DNA of 64,000 bases from Oopsacas minuta (GCA_024704765.1 JAKMXF010000364.1:70707-134706), one strand, 5' to 3'; shown: positions 12,781 through 25,839, numbered from the stretch's first letter. Program-made: numbers and translations. Notes: generated by a model not told the origin, from the sequence alone.

Positions 12781-14213
12781 CTCAATAGCGAACATTTTTG
12801 CCGTTCCACAAGGTGTTCACCTTTAGGAGGTTTACGGTACTAAGAATTGTTAATTTGTATTATTTTCGATCCATGGTAGGAAAGGGACAAGAACTTATTT
12901 CGACATTTTCAACATTTGGATATATACATTTCAATATAAGGAATAGACTTGGAATCGAGAAGGCGACAAAACAAATATTTTTCTACTGAATGCTCAATTT
13001 ACAAGTATCTAAATACAACCCCAATGATATTTTAACATTATTTTACTTTCATATTCATACAAAGTTTAGATTTAGCCAAAATAACTACCTAACCATGTGA
13101 TTCTCAGTATATTTGATCTATCAGGCAAAATATCTGATAAATAATAGAAAAATCAAATAAAAACAAATCTGATTTAAATAAAATACACCCGATTCATGTT
13201 TTATTGTAAAAGTCACGATTTTTATCAACCCTGAGATTCATATGTATTGTCTAAATTAAATGCACATGTTGAAATTATCCATATTCTTATATGAAGCTGC
13301 AAAATGTTTAGATTGGAAAAGATGCATAGCCTAAAAACAAATTTCGATCTTATAACTAATTTCTTATCAGTCATATATGAGGGGAAATAGAAAAGTTCGT
13401 TTACTTTAGTTCAGAAAAATTAGTATATGTAAGAAGCAAATCTTCAAAATGACTTTTCAACGTAATTTCCTCTCACTGGCATACACTTCTTCCAGTGTTA
13501 AACCCAACTCAAGGATGAACTTTCATTCCATTGTTCGGGGTAGCGCGTACACACTGATAGATAGCTCTTGCAATGGCTTAACTAGATAAATAATGCCTCC
13601 CTTTCAATGAATTGTAGGGAATAATAAAGTCTCTAGGCGCTAGATCTGGAAATAGGGCGAATGGAGAGAGACTGGTTAATGGTGTGCTTCCATTGAGTAG
13701 TCTGCTGTATTGTCTCAAGATCATAGCTAAATATACAGGTTTCAACATGGTAACTGTCGTGTCGAGAAATTTCCTTTGGCCAGTTTTATATCGAAAAATG
13801 ATTTCTTGGGAAATTCTACTCCTACTCGTTTCTGATGAATATTCAGCATTTTTGGCAGAAGCCTTGCTATATCCTAGATATTCGTGTAGAATCCCGGTAA
13901 TCTATGTGTTGATGTACGGAGGTATCCTCTAAAAGCTCCAACGTAATTCATCTGATGGGACTAATCCATTTTACACGATCAATTTTCTGCTGAATTACAG
14001 GAGTGATGTGCGACACTGCATTCGTTATCTTGAAGACTTGTACTCCTGATATACCAGAAGTGTCAATTATTGTATCAAAATTTTGAAGGAGTATTAAACA
14101 TATCATTTCATATTATCGTTATATTTTATCATGAATGAATTTTCTATGGTTGGATTGATTATATCCATGTACTGTGTAGTTAACACTATGGTCGATCTTA
14201 ACTTACTCATATA

Positions 14214-14360
14214 CAATGGAACACCGCTTCGCAACCACACCTGAGTACGGACCACCCCTATATTATAGCCATATTTTATCATTTCGTTTAACTACTCCAC
14301 CCCGAGATTACGACCACATTTTTTGATCCCATGGGTTGTCAAAATCCTGTGGTTCAACTG
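14214..14360. mobile_element. pogo/Tigger-like MITE
   Basis: TA-caatggaacacc...gtggttcaactg-TA. Confidence 0.6.
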
Positions 14361-14803
14361 TAGGTGCCATGTTTTTGTCTAACCAGAATTACTAGCATTT
14401 GTCAGTATGTATTTGACAGACAGTTTTATTGCGTTGTTAAACATTGGTAGGTATTTGTCAGTGGACCAGTCAAACTTATGCTAGTGCTTTAGGTTGTCTC
14501 ATACCAATTTTTTGACTCAACTCTTACTAATGACAACTCGCATCAATTGTTCAGTCAACCCGTATCAACTCAAACAATGTTTAGCCGGATAGGGCACAAT
14601 GAGGTTACATGTGGAAGACAGGTTATTAAAATGTGGCGTAATTACGTTGATGAGTTGGGGGACGTGCCACACCTGGACCCAACCTCGCGCCACCTCTGTG
14701 TCTAACCGATTCCATCTCTGGTGATTGGTAAGATAATTTTGGCGAAAATTCGCCCATTATGAATCCATGGACGTCGGAAGTAGGGAGTCTGAGTCGGCTA
14801 ATC

Positions 14804-14839
14804 CACAGTGATTTAAAACGGGATTTGGTAAGGAATAGG
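14804..14839 (+). repeat. Right TIR of minus-strand RAG1L copy C, with perfect RSS heptamer
   Basis: CACAGTG ATTT AAAACGG GATTTGGTAAGG AATAGG; 31/36 identical to the TIR at 25981-26016. Confidence 0.88.
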
Positions 14840-15049
14840 CAATTATACGAGTCCTATCGTTGTATAATGTATTATTTCCTATATATTATCGATACCTACG
14901 AGTCGATTGCGAGTAGTTATTTTCTTTGAAGATGTCTACATTTTCTTGATATGAAGTCATTGGAGTGTTAAAATTCACTTAAAATATGAGTTAGTAATAA
15001 TTGATTCAGCAATAGACTCAAATCATTTCTACACATGACTATAAATCTA

Positions 15050-16260
15050 CTTATCTAGACAAGTATACCAACTATGTGGGCCAGGTTAAGGAACGAATAG
15101 AGCATCTATATTAGATGGGTGTTGGATACTATCTTGTTTGCAACAATTCGATAACGATGAATGACCAGATTGACTACATATTTCACACGTTCAATTTAGC
15201 CGAGAGCTTCCATAAATAGGATCGCTCAGGCAGGCTAATCATAAGAAAACATTCATAAGATTAGTCCCGAAACTATTTCCTTGCCACATTTTCCCGATAT
15301 TTTGAACAATTTGTCCGAAGATTCTGTCCCTTCTTTAGAGAAATCCTTCAATCCGAATCCAACATTGGACTCTCAAATTAACTCCCCAGAGTGGGTTAGT
15401 ATTTTGTTTCATGTTGGTGTGATACTTGCCCAGAGAAATGAATCAAAATCAAAAGATGAGTATTTTTGCACAGATTCCCCAATTCTGGGGTGTTGACTTT
15501 CCTGCTTGAAGTATATTATTTGAGGATTGTAGAAAGTTGTATATGGATTTTTGTTAAAGCTGGTTAATGGCAATTACAATGGTAGATAATACACATTTTA
15601 GATAATCAGTTTGGTCAGAAAAGGCCCTTCGAGCAAAATTCTCGCTAGAAGTCGTTCCGCCGCTGGGGTCAGGTAGGTCAACTTTCAAACCAGCTTTCCT
15701 GATTATGAGATTCCATACACTTCATGGATTCTTTAATAGTTAGAGAGTTTTAGGCCTACTCAGTTTATTGATATGAAGATGATATACCAAAAGATTATAC
15801 TACCTAAATTGTTCAAAATCCTAAATAGTAAATTTTCTATATTTTCATAAAATATTTTCACCGAAGATGCATGTATACGAATAAAGTAGAGATGCTGAAG
15901 TTATGTTGATAGTACAGATGGGTGTATGGTTAAGTTAAAACGATCGTTTGATGGAAGTGCAAATAATGAATCAATATCATCAATATCTAAGAATAACTGA
16001 GCAGCATCTGTAATTTTTCTTTTGATAGGGAATCCATCAGTTACCAATTCTCTGTCGTTCAAATCTTTATGTGTGGCTGTACACATTAGGCAACTTGCGC
16101 CTCCAGCAGTAGAAAGAATAGCTGATATCTTCCCGTCAAACCATAGATCATACGATATCAACAATAATTAAACTACCTTCTATATATATGCTTTCTCCAA
16201 ACTTAGATGTTTCTGGATTGATAACATCGTCCGTGAATGTACGAATATTTGCTTCGTATT
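15050..16260 (-). pseudogene. RAG1-like transposase, degenerate copy C (same lineage as 23625-25709)
   Basis: YEANIRTFTDDVIN, FDGKISAILSTAGGASCLMCTATHK, WASITPT, GLKDFSKEGTES, and knuckle CEICSQSGHSSLSNCC (15140-15187). Coding sequence not traceable at about 15500-15850. Confidence 0.85.
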
Positions 16261-16289
16261 ACTTCTCAGTATACAGAAAGATGTAGGGG

Positions 16290-16500
16290 TTCATTTGGGG
16301 GTGGCCCCAGAATGAAAATTTTTATCTTAAATTTTAGAGGGCTCTTCTCTATTTGGGGTGCTTCCCCACCAAATTTTATATAGTGATCTATAATCCTGAG
16401 GTCTCTCAAGTTTCGGGGTTCCCTCCTCCAAATTTTATAACTTATCACATATTTTAGATCGCCCTCTATATTTGGGGGTGTCCTCTCCCCAAATTCAATA
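16290..16500. repeat. Imperfect ~55-bp tandem repeat with GGGG...CCCC cores
   Basis: Recurrent tttggggtg(N)cccc(a)aattt units at about 16294, 16351, 16412 and 16472. Confidence 0.55.
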
Positions 16501-17017
16501 TTGTTATTTATTGTTCAGTTTGGGGTTTTACCATTCTTTTCAATATCGGAGTTTTCCCTCTAAACTATGTAGGTCAACCCACTTTCTTGTTATCAAAATT
16601 TCAACTACCAGATGTTTTCCATAAATATATAGTGAGAAATATGTAGTGTATTTATGAAACTCTAAATCTCATAGTGATTGAAAATGTTGTAAATGTGTTC
16701 AACAAAAGTTTGAATTGTATTTAACAAAGAAAGGTCTTAGGTGTTACTGAAGCAATTGGTTCATAATGGTAGCAGTCATTATGGAGGTAGATATTGAGAG
16801 AGCTTGAAACGTTCTTTCCTCTCTTAGGACTGAAACCTTGGTGAGAAATTTTCTGCCATTCTTTATCCTTGAAGACAAAAATACCTGTTTCTAACCATAT
16901 TGCAGAAGAAATAATTCAACGTCACTAGCCCAAACTGTTGTTGCTGACATGTTCGTCTTAGAAAAATATCCACTCATCTTTTGGTCATGTTTTATCTCAA
17001 CATAATTATCACATAGG

Positions 17018-18117
17018 CAGGGGCGTAGATCCGTGATTTTTCTGGGGGGATGGAGAATTTAAAACTAGCACTTTTCTGCATATGATAAATATGAGTATGC
17101 CATAATCGTAGTCATTAAACTTCCTAACTCGACAAAAAGATAGACAATAATAAAAACAGCTAAGAACATAGATCATAGTATATATAATATACTTTATACT
17201 TGTTAGTATGAAAAGAACCTAATGATTTAATATATCTAGATTCCAGTAAAAATTATTCGAAATTGCCAAATATTTTTCGACTTATTTCATTTCTTGTCGA
17301 AAACTATTTTGCTAGTGTCGCGATATTCTAAATTAAAATGGCCAATACCAAATTAAAGAAAAACTAGTGACAATTATTCGAAAAGACTCTACGAGTGCGA
17401 ATTATTAATAAGCACGATAGAGATTTTTACAAGTATACATTTAACAGGATTGTAACCAGGGTTGTTTGATTTAATCAAGTGATTTAAATCATTGATTTAA
17501 ATCAAAATCCGAGTTTTATCAAAATATCTTATTAAAATTCAATATTTTGATGTTTTGATTATTTTCTCAAGCTGATTATGTCCATTCTGATATTATTATG
17601 GATACCTATCGAAAAACTATTCATTTGTACAGTCAGAATCGCTTATCGTGAACCCCTTCATAATGACTTGGCTTAATACAAATCTTATGTAAACCGAAGA
17701 ATTGGGACCTGAGAGGGTTGTTCATAATGAACAAATGTTCATATTAAGCCGGATGGTTCAGTCAGCTGTCATACAAAATCCGATTAAAATAAAATAATCC
17801 GATTAAATTCAAAAATCTAATTTTTTGATATTTTTAATAAATCATGATTTTTATCAACCCTGATTCTATAATATATATTTCAATGAGTAGATACGGAACG
17901 ACATCTCAGATTAATATCTTTGAAAACATACTCGAGAACAGTGAAATTTGAATATAACAAAAGGATAATCTGCTGAAACCCAAAAGATTTGAGAGCAAAA
18001 ATAATGTAGATGTATCTCAAAAGTTAAAATGTAGGGGGGATGATTACATAGAGCATCCCCCAAGCTCATAAGTGGGGGGGGATATATCCCCCCATCCCCC
18101 CGGGATCTACGCCCCTG
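17018..18117. mobile_element. hAT non-autonomous element
   Basis: TIRs caggggcgtagatcc and ggatctacgcccctg; perfect 8-bp TSD CACATAGG. Confidence 0.92.
17457..17862. mobile_element. Nested hAT-like MITE (CAGGGTTG...CAACCCTG)
   Basis: Inverted ends with gatttaaatc repeats; TSD decayed (attgtaac/attctata). A related right end lies near 13160-13233. Confidence 0.65.
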
Positions 18118-19778
18118 CACATAGGGAAGATGTACTCATAAAGGCTAATAATTTCTTGCGAATTATCTCATGCATATCTTTATTTGCTGATTACTACCAA
18201 GCAAGTGCCCTGAATAGGTAGTTTCCATCTGCAATTATTGATATTTTTTCTTCAGGAATGCAATAATCTAATATGAATTTTTGATGAATTATCCTAACAG
18301 AAGAAAAATGTGTCAGCTTTTGAAAATCTAAGACTATCTTACAATTCAAAGTTCTCCATTGATTATCTACTGGTAAAAATAGTAATTACTGGAGTTCGAA
18401 GATCTCGTCCTATTGGCTATATATTGTACACTTTGGTATTTTTGACGTTCTTCTGATTTGTTGCATAGAAGTTTTCCTGTTTCCTTGGTAATTTTTTTTT
18501 GACTTTTGGCTAATGGTATTATAAATCTACATCCGTAGTATTGGTCATGGAAGGAATTTCAGATTCGTTCAGAATACTATCTGATCTTGAGGAATGTGTC
18601 AGTTTTAAAGGAATTGGAACAAACAAATTTTCTAATTTTGAAAAGTGAGTAAATTTGTCAACATTTATATCATCACATCCTGAATCTGACGAGAACTCAT
18701 TATCGGGATCTGAAAATATGCACTTGCGTTTCCTAAAGGCTTATTGGCTTTGAATTGAAAAGGAGTATCATTACCACCATCGATAACTGGAGTACTCTTT
18801 CTTATTTCAGTTTGTTGATTATATGAAATTTCAACTGAAAACAGCAGTCATGAGCATAATTGCCCGGAAAAATGCGTTCTTCACATAGACGAGCTGTTAA
18901 AGGATCCAAAGTTTGTAATAGTTTGCGAAAATATATCCCTCATGTTCATTTTGGCCAGTCGTGGCCGGGTAATATCAAGTTTTTGGGTGATTTGGCATGA
19001 TATTATCAATAATTTTGAACTCAATCCAACCTCCCACAAATGAACACCAAGCATTTTTAATCGAGCGACTCGTTAATTTTTCAGAATTTCAGCATTTAGG
19101 CAATTCATATTATACCACTTGTATTTACTAAATTTCGAGCAAAGATTTTCAATTTTATATGAATAACTAGGAAGCATTTGATTCTCTTCTTTCTCAACCA
19201 TCAATCAGAATGGCAGTCGATTCCTCTATCCAGATATCTGATCTTTCAGATGGCAAATTCTCCTCAATTTGGAGAAGATTCAGAGAATTGAAGTCTGAAC
19301 TTGATGCTTTCAGCAAGTGTAACGATCTCTCAACATGACACCCACTCCTGTTTTATTCTACTCAACCCCCCGATCCCACAGAGGAACGTACTATTGGAGA
19401 AGAGCGAATCGCTTTTGCAGTTGATCCTGCAGAGGAATCTCAAAACCTTTGCATAAATGATACTGAACAGTGGCGTAATGATGTCTAGTGCCGCTGGGGG
19501 CACATGCTCTAAACGCCGCCCCCTAAAACGTAACTTTATGAGTAGTTATCTTAAACAACTCCTGGAAAGGGTGTTGTTTGAAAATTCCCTTGCCCCTGCC
19601 CTGGTTCATTAGATACCATCTTTGGTTATTGTTTACATGATATGTGATTACACATATATGTTTTAACCTTTATCCGAAAATACAATAATACAACCGCTTC
19701 TGGTCGTTAGTAGCTCTTCTTCACAGCCTGATCTTTCGTGCTTTGAGTCTCGCAAATTTATCGATCACATGGGTGAAG

Positions 19779-21087
19779 CAGGGGCCGTAGCCAGAGCGTA
19801 GAGTTAGGAGGGGCTAAGTAAACTTTAGGGGGGCTTGGATGCTTAAGATTTGTATATCTATTTTGGGGGTAGGCCCATACCCAACTCCCAAGCTACTTTG
19901 GAGGAAGGTAAAATTACTTAGTTCATAAATATTCAGACAACTCTGGGGCCTTATTAACTAAAATTCTAAGAATAACTCTAAGAATTAATGAAATATTTTT
20001 AGTTTAGTTATGAATTCTTAACTTGGCAATACTTAGAGGATTCTAAGAATAATTCTTAGAATTAAGCAATTTTAAAATTATTCTTAGAATTAGGTAATTC
20101 TACTTGATTGATTCTTAGCTTTTGATTAATAAAATTTATGACAATTCATTCGACTTCAATCGCTTTTTGAGAAGATATGCACGTAGTAGAAAATAAAATC
20201 CTTAACTTGTATACTTGAATTATCATGAATGAGATCCACGAGTGACATTATCTCCTCCTTGAATGAGATTCTTTGAATGAGTTTTCGATTTTTCAGTGGT
20301 CATAATGCGAGCGATTGGTAAGATATTATCATAATTAATTAACAATTTATAACTAAAGATGACAATATACTTAAATGGATAAAATTGCATAGATTGCGTA
20401 AATTTTTGCAGGGTGTCACTCAAATGACATTGAATTTATTTACCTTAGTTTAGATACAACACTATTATGTTTCAAAATATTTGAGATATAATGATATAAG
20501 TACATTTTTTGATGTCATAATACAATTCAGAGTGACATCAAGAAATTGTATCTAAATATAGTTGGTATGTAGTTCGGCTAGTTCTATACTGTGGGAATTA
20601 CAACATGTGGATATGATAATCAAAACATATTGTCTTAAGCGATTAACAATCTTCTTTGTAAATAAATGCATATTTATTATAATTTCATAGAAGAGTTGAA
20701 TAAATTATAAGTTAAGTGTCCTCTTACCTCACTAAATATTTTTCCTAGAATTTGGCTTAAGAATTTAGTTAATAAGGCCCCAGGTATTCTATAGTTTCGC
20801 TTAGTAATCGTAAAATGTATCAAACTGGAAGGAATATATGTTGTGGTCATATAACAACAAAAATATAATTACAATGGTCGCTGTAAAAGGATCCATATAA
20901 TTAAGTATATTTACTAGCAAGAGGAATTAGATAACTACAATGTATAGTCAATTTGACATGTTCACAAAAATTTCCTCGATTTAACTAATATTTAAGATCT
21001 AAGATAGTAAAGATCAATATAGCTTAGCAAAAGTTACGAGGTGGTTGAATTTGGTAGGGGGGCTGAGCCCCCCTAGCTACGGCCCTG
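19779..21087. mobile_element. hAT MITE (middle layer)
   Basis: Ends caggggccgtagc and gctacggccctg; perfect 8-bp TSD GGGTGAAG. Confidence 0.9.
19943..20783. mobile_element. PIF/Harbinger-like MITE (inner layer)
   Basis: Inverted ends ctggggccttattaactaaa and tttagttaataaggccccag, with ttctaagaat subterminal repeats. The superfamily call is tentative. Confidence 0.55.
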
Positions 21088-21590
21088 GGGTGAAGTAACT
21101 TAAGATACAACACTGGTTAGAAAGGATATAAATTATCATGGGATTACATGAGATTTATCATAGTTGTGTGGACCAATATGTCAAAATGCCGCCCCCAAGA
21201 AAGTGCCGCTGGGGGCACGTGCCACTATTGCCCCCCCCGTCGTTACGCTACTGCCTACAATTCGACTTAAGATATTCCGAATATTAATTATCATACTAAT
21301 GCTTGCAAATTTTTTGTTATTTGATAGAATATATTGCAATATATAGATTGACATGTTAAATTATATTATTTATTATGAGTTATTAAATACAATTATCAAA
21401 TGCCTACCACCTTCTGTACAAGTAATATTATTATAAAATATTTATATACACTGTCTATTTTTGGCATTTTGAATAATTATACATATTGTAAATTTGTAAT
21501 ACGCAGTGGGGACATAGTTTACATGTTACCAAACAAATTCACTACTTTCTAGAATCCAACTCTAAATTGCTTTCTTTATTTAGTTACGCA

Positions 21591-22601
21591 CAGTCTGTTA
21601 CATAATTATTCAGAATGGAGATGTTTTGTTACAAAACTTCAGTACTTTGTCCTACTTCACTCATGCTACTTGCGTTTCGCTGTCCATAATGGCTTAATGA
21701 TATATTTTGCTAAAATTCCCTGAACCAAGTCATTATCTTATTGTTTCCTGAAATTTTGCTCTTTATTATTAATTATGACCTCATGTAAATGTTTATTTTG
21801 ACCTCCATTACTATTACTTACCTTAATTATTTCCCTACTTGACAATTGGCGCTGAGAATGACTCAATACGAGAAGAGGGAAATTGTGAAGACACTTCTAC
21901 AATCCGGAAGCATTTGCCAAAGGAAATTTTTGTTAATTGTGGAATTTCCTTAGCTACAGTTTACAATGTTAAACGCCGATTAGATGAAGGTGTACCGCTA
22001 TTTCACCAAAGTGCGCAGGGAGACCCAATAATTTGCGATCTTCCATCCAATTGTCTATTCTTCACCAGGTACGATGTAAACCATACTTCTCTTCGCGAAC
22101 ATTAGCAAGTCGTACAGGTAATCAGTCTTCCTATCAGACTGTCCGGAGAGTGTTGAAGGACCAATCTTACACCAAACCTTACCATGCTCAGATCCCTATG
22201 TTGAGTGAAAAAATCGCATGTACAGGGTAGAATGGGCATAAAAGTACAAATACTTGAAGAAACAATGGGTTCAAACAATATTTCTTGACGAGATGTCAAT
22301 CTGGCTCTCAAGGGGAAGATTAAGGATGCAGACAAATTCCAACAAAAAAACGATCGCCCCAACAACGAAGAATGTCCCAAAGATACACGTGTGGGCTGCA
22401 TTCTCATCTATGGGTACATTGCAATTGTGCGTTTTCACTAACAATATGAACAGTGTAATGTTTTTAGATATATTGGAAAGATATTTGATAACTCAAGCAC
22501 AGGTATATCATGAAAGTCAGTGGCGATTGGTGTGGGACAATGATTTAAAACACATATCGCAAAAGGTCCGTGCCTGGTTGGCACAAAATGTACCAAATTT
22601 T
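21591..22601 (+). mobile_element. Tc1-like element, 3'-truncated
   Basis: Starts cagtctgtta (similar to the 2683 TIR). Fragments IFLDEMSIWL, PKIHVWAAFS, WDNDLKH. Cut at ~22601 by a CAGGG-type end. Confidence 0.75.
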
Positions 22602-22700
22602 CAGGGTTCTATCTACTGGGGGGTGGGGGGAAGCTTCCTCCCCAAACTCTTCAGCTTCCCCCCCAAAATCTCATAAATTGTACTAGTAATCGCAATATAT
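22602..22700 (+). mobile_element. Left end of an hAT-like element
   Basis: cagggttctatctactggggggtggggggaagcttcc...cccccc; no matching right end found. Confidence 0.5.
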
Positions 22701-23624
22701 TATTCAATAGATAAATTATTAGAATATCAATTCATTGTGAAAATACTATTTGAAATGTAAATAAATAACATGTGGGAAACTTGAATCACATTTCATACTA
22801 TTTGCAACTGGGAAATAATAACATATGTTGGAAAGTACACACAGTAGTTTGAATGCAAAGAATAGACAAAAAATAGATTTCATTATTAATGGTTTGAACT
22901 CGTTCTTGTTTGTTTGAATAATGTTAATTTCAAATTTCAATTCGATCGAATACATATAGCTCTCACAATATGAATTTAAAGAATCAATCAAAAATAGTTC
23001 TATTTGCGGTTTCAGTGATGCTAATATTAGCACCAATTTAAGTTTACTTGAGAGCGTCACAGAATTCTCCGAATCAAATTTATTTTATTTCGTCAACACA
23101 ATTCAGTTATGCTAAATCTGATTTCTCATTTTCGTCAGTGTATCTTTATTACATTTGGATTCAAAGTTGATTTGATTAATGGTACTTTAGAGGTACAATA
23201 TTTTTAAAAAAGAACTTCCAAATGGCCGCAAAAAAAAAAAACATCACAAAACACAACTTAGAAATTAATTCCAAAATGGCATTATAATATCTAGAAAGAC
23301 ATATTAAAATGATACGCCCCGAAACAGTGCGCAACATGAAAATTTCTAGCGAATTCCATTGTCACCTTTTTGTTGCTATGCAATTTATATGCTAAATTTA
23401 TCTACTCGATTGCAGCATTCCAATTACCAATAAATGTAATATATAAATACATGATTAATATGACATTAACAAATTGAATTTGCTGATAATCAACCGTTTT
23501 CTACGCTTTTATCAATGACTCAAGAACTAACTTTCCCTAACTCTCATCTTGAATTTGCGAAGATTTTGAAGACAACAACAACTGTATCTCGACGACACTC
23601 AGTTTCTTTGAGCAGAACTTTCAA

Positions 23625-25709
23625 ATGGACTTCGAAGAAAGGAAACAATTGGAAGCAACGCTCCTCCGAGTAAGAAGCAGGATCAGGAAGGCAAAGAAAT
23701 CGCTAGATTGCTTAGAGGGAGACTGGTGGCATTGTGGTATATCCATGGAACCAGAGTTGAAGAGGAACCGTTTTTATGATACCGTTGAGCTGTCTTCAGA
23801 TGATGAAGAAGTCATATCCACACTCTCTGCAAACCATAGGAAGAGTATTGACAATCTCACGATGCAACAACAACGCTCACGACTCTCAAATGTCTTGGAA
23901 TCTATCAAAGCACTCTCAATCGTTGAGAATACTTCAGAAATCAAGATAGCTGCACTTGCCTTGCAACTACTATCGAACCAAACAAAACAGCGAGAAATAG
24001 CTAAAGTTTCAAAATCTGTAGTCTATGACAAGTTTTCGGGTCAATTCGGTAAATTGTTGAAGAAAGAGCTCGATGTTACCAAGACAGTGTTCCTTGTAGA
24101 TCTCCTAGAAATTGGCAGGAGGAAATACACACAACTCCGACATCACTTGCTATCTAGCGATATTCGTTTCCCGGCATACTATAGGGTAGTAGAAGAAAGA
24201 AACAGTATAATTTTACGGTCGGATATTCAGATGTACCCCAATCCTGAAACTCCACTTGGTGTATATATACCATATGCCCATCACGTCCGCCATACTTTTT
24301 GCAGGATTATGTCCACGCTACCGCCACCTCCAGCTCAAGATTATCCCCTACAATTCCAGATAGCAGACGGACTAGATGGCTCTGGAAGTCACACTGTATA
24401 TAATCAATCAAACACGAATACAGATACTAAGTCGTTTATCTTATTCTGTTTCAGAGCTGTAAAGGTAATAAGCAATAGCGGTCGCGAACTCTGGAAAAAT
24501 AACGCTCCCAATTCTCCTTTTGCTCAACGTCCGATTTTCCTCCTCGCTGCGAAAGAAAACGAAGCTAATATCAAGCGATTTATGGACGATCTAATCAATA
24601 CTGATACTGATCTTATGAGAAGTGAAGGATTTACTCTTGGCCCTGATCAGCAAGTACGAGTCGACATTGTTCGATCAATACTTGATGGGAAAATGGCAGG
24701 AATTCTATCTGGAGCAGGTGGGGCAAGTTGTCAATTATGCACAGCAACTCATAAGGAACTCAGTGATCGTGAGTTGATAATACAGGGATTTCCTATCAAC
24801 AGGCACATTACTGATGCAATTCAACTTTTCTGTGAAATAGAAGACAGCCATTCGTTCTTCTCACTCCCTTCAAACCAACGTTGTAACATAACGCACGAAC
24901 CAACCTCAACAATAAACATCCTTCCAGCATCTCCGTTACACTCGTACACTGGCATTTTCAGGTGGTTCAATCTACTAATTTATCATATGAATTGTGGAAA
25001 ACCCACATGGTCACCGACATCTTTGACGATAAAAAATTCAATGATATTTGTCAGAAATCTGATTGGAGGGAAGACAGGAATGAGGATAGATCAGCTGAAT
25101 GCAAGTGGAGGTACTAGCTCTACTAGTAGTGTAGCTCGTCGAGCATTTTCCTGTGATTCGAAATACATTGAGTGTGTATTGTCAGTTGTTGAAACAGAAC
25201 ACAAAGAAACACTTTCAAAACTACATACACACTTGTCAGCTATTCTTCGAATAATCAATTCAGACAGGATCATTAACACCGAGGTCTTTGGTGATCTATG
25301 CACCGATACATATCTCTTGATCGTTGATTCATTACCTTGGGTGAGCATTACTTCAACATTACACAGGGTATTAGCTCACTCAGAGGAAATTTTGAAAGGG
25401 TCCAACCTTGGGCGAGGTCTGAAATGTTTCTCTGAAGAGGGATCCGAGGCATGCAACAAGTTACTAAGAAAGTATAGGGAGAATCTTGCAAGGAAGTCTT
25501 CATTTGAAGATAATCCAATGGACATTATCGTGAGACTGGCCTCTGAAAGTGACCCTGTATTGAATCAATTTCGTTCAAGTTTAGTTTGTGAAAGGTGTGG
25601 GGAACACGGCCACACAAAAAGAGCAAAGTGTTGTAGGGATAATACCGAAAATAGATTACTAGATTCTTCCATAGACGAAATTGTTGATTCACTTATAATT
25701 AATTCATAG
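23625..25709 (+). CDS. RAG1-like (Transib/RAG1L) DDE transposase, 694 aa, uninterrupted ORF
   Basis: GLDGSG (D at 24375, RAG1 D600 equivalent), LDGKM (D at 24684, D708), CQLC plus LHRVLAH (Zn ligands C727/C730/H937/H942), PLHSY, SEEGSEACNKLLRKYRENLAR (E at 25446, E962), C-terminal CERCGEHGHTKRAKCC. No RING or N-terminal Zn domain. Confidence 0.92.
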   Translation: MDFEERKQLEATLLRVRSRIRKAKKSLDCLEGDWWHCGISMEPELKRNRFYDTVELSSDDEEVISTLSANHRKSIDNLTMQQQRSRLSNVLESIKALSIVENTSEIKIAALALQLLSNQTKQREIAKVSKSVVYDKFSGQFGKLLKKELDVTKTVFLVDLLEIGRRKYTQLRHHLLSSDIRFPAYYRVVEERNSIILRSDIQMYPNPETPLGVYIPYAHHVRHTFCRIMSTLPPPPAQDYPLQFQIADGLDGSGSHTVYNQSNTNTDTKSFILFCFRAVKVISNSGRELWKNNAPNSPFAQRPIFLLAAKENEANIKRFMDDLINTDTDLMRSEGFTLGPDQQVRVDIVRSILDGKMAGILSGAGGASCQLCTATHKELSDRELIIQGFPINRHITDAIQLFCEIEDSHSFFSLPSNQRCNITHEPTSTINILPASPLHSYTGIFRWFNLLIYHMNCGKPTWSPTSLTIKNSMIFVRNLIGGKTGMRIDQLNASGGTSSTSSVARRAFSCDSKYIECVLSVVETEHKETLSKLHTHLSAILRIINSDRIINTEVFGDLCTDTYLLIVDSLPWVSITSTLHRVLAHSEEILKGSNLGRGLKCFSEEGSEACNKLLRKYRENLARKSSFEDNPMDIIVRLASESDPVLNQFRSSLVCERCGEHGHTKRAKCCRDNTENRLLDSSIDEIVDSLIINS

Positions 25710-25839
25710 ATTCATTAAAATGTTGAATCTATACATTCTGATCCAAATACTATACAGGGTAATAGTATACATACAGAGTAAGAGATTTTTCTTATGAAGT
25801 GGAAATTTCTATGAGTTTTATTGAATAATTTTTTAAATG

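Larger units (their letters stand above)
19468..21253. mobile_element. hAT-like MITE (outer layer of a nest)
   Basis: Ends cagtggcgtaa and ttacgctactg, with gccgctgggggcac subterminal motifs at both ends; TSD not conserved. Confidence 0.65.

Noticed and set aside
21589-21597. cacagtc as a possible left TIR of RAG1L element B
   Set aside because: It is the cagtctgt start of the adjacent Tc1; no AAAATGG or AATAGG block and no CTTAC flank.
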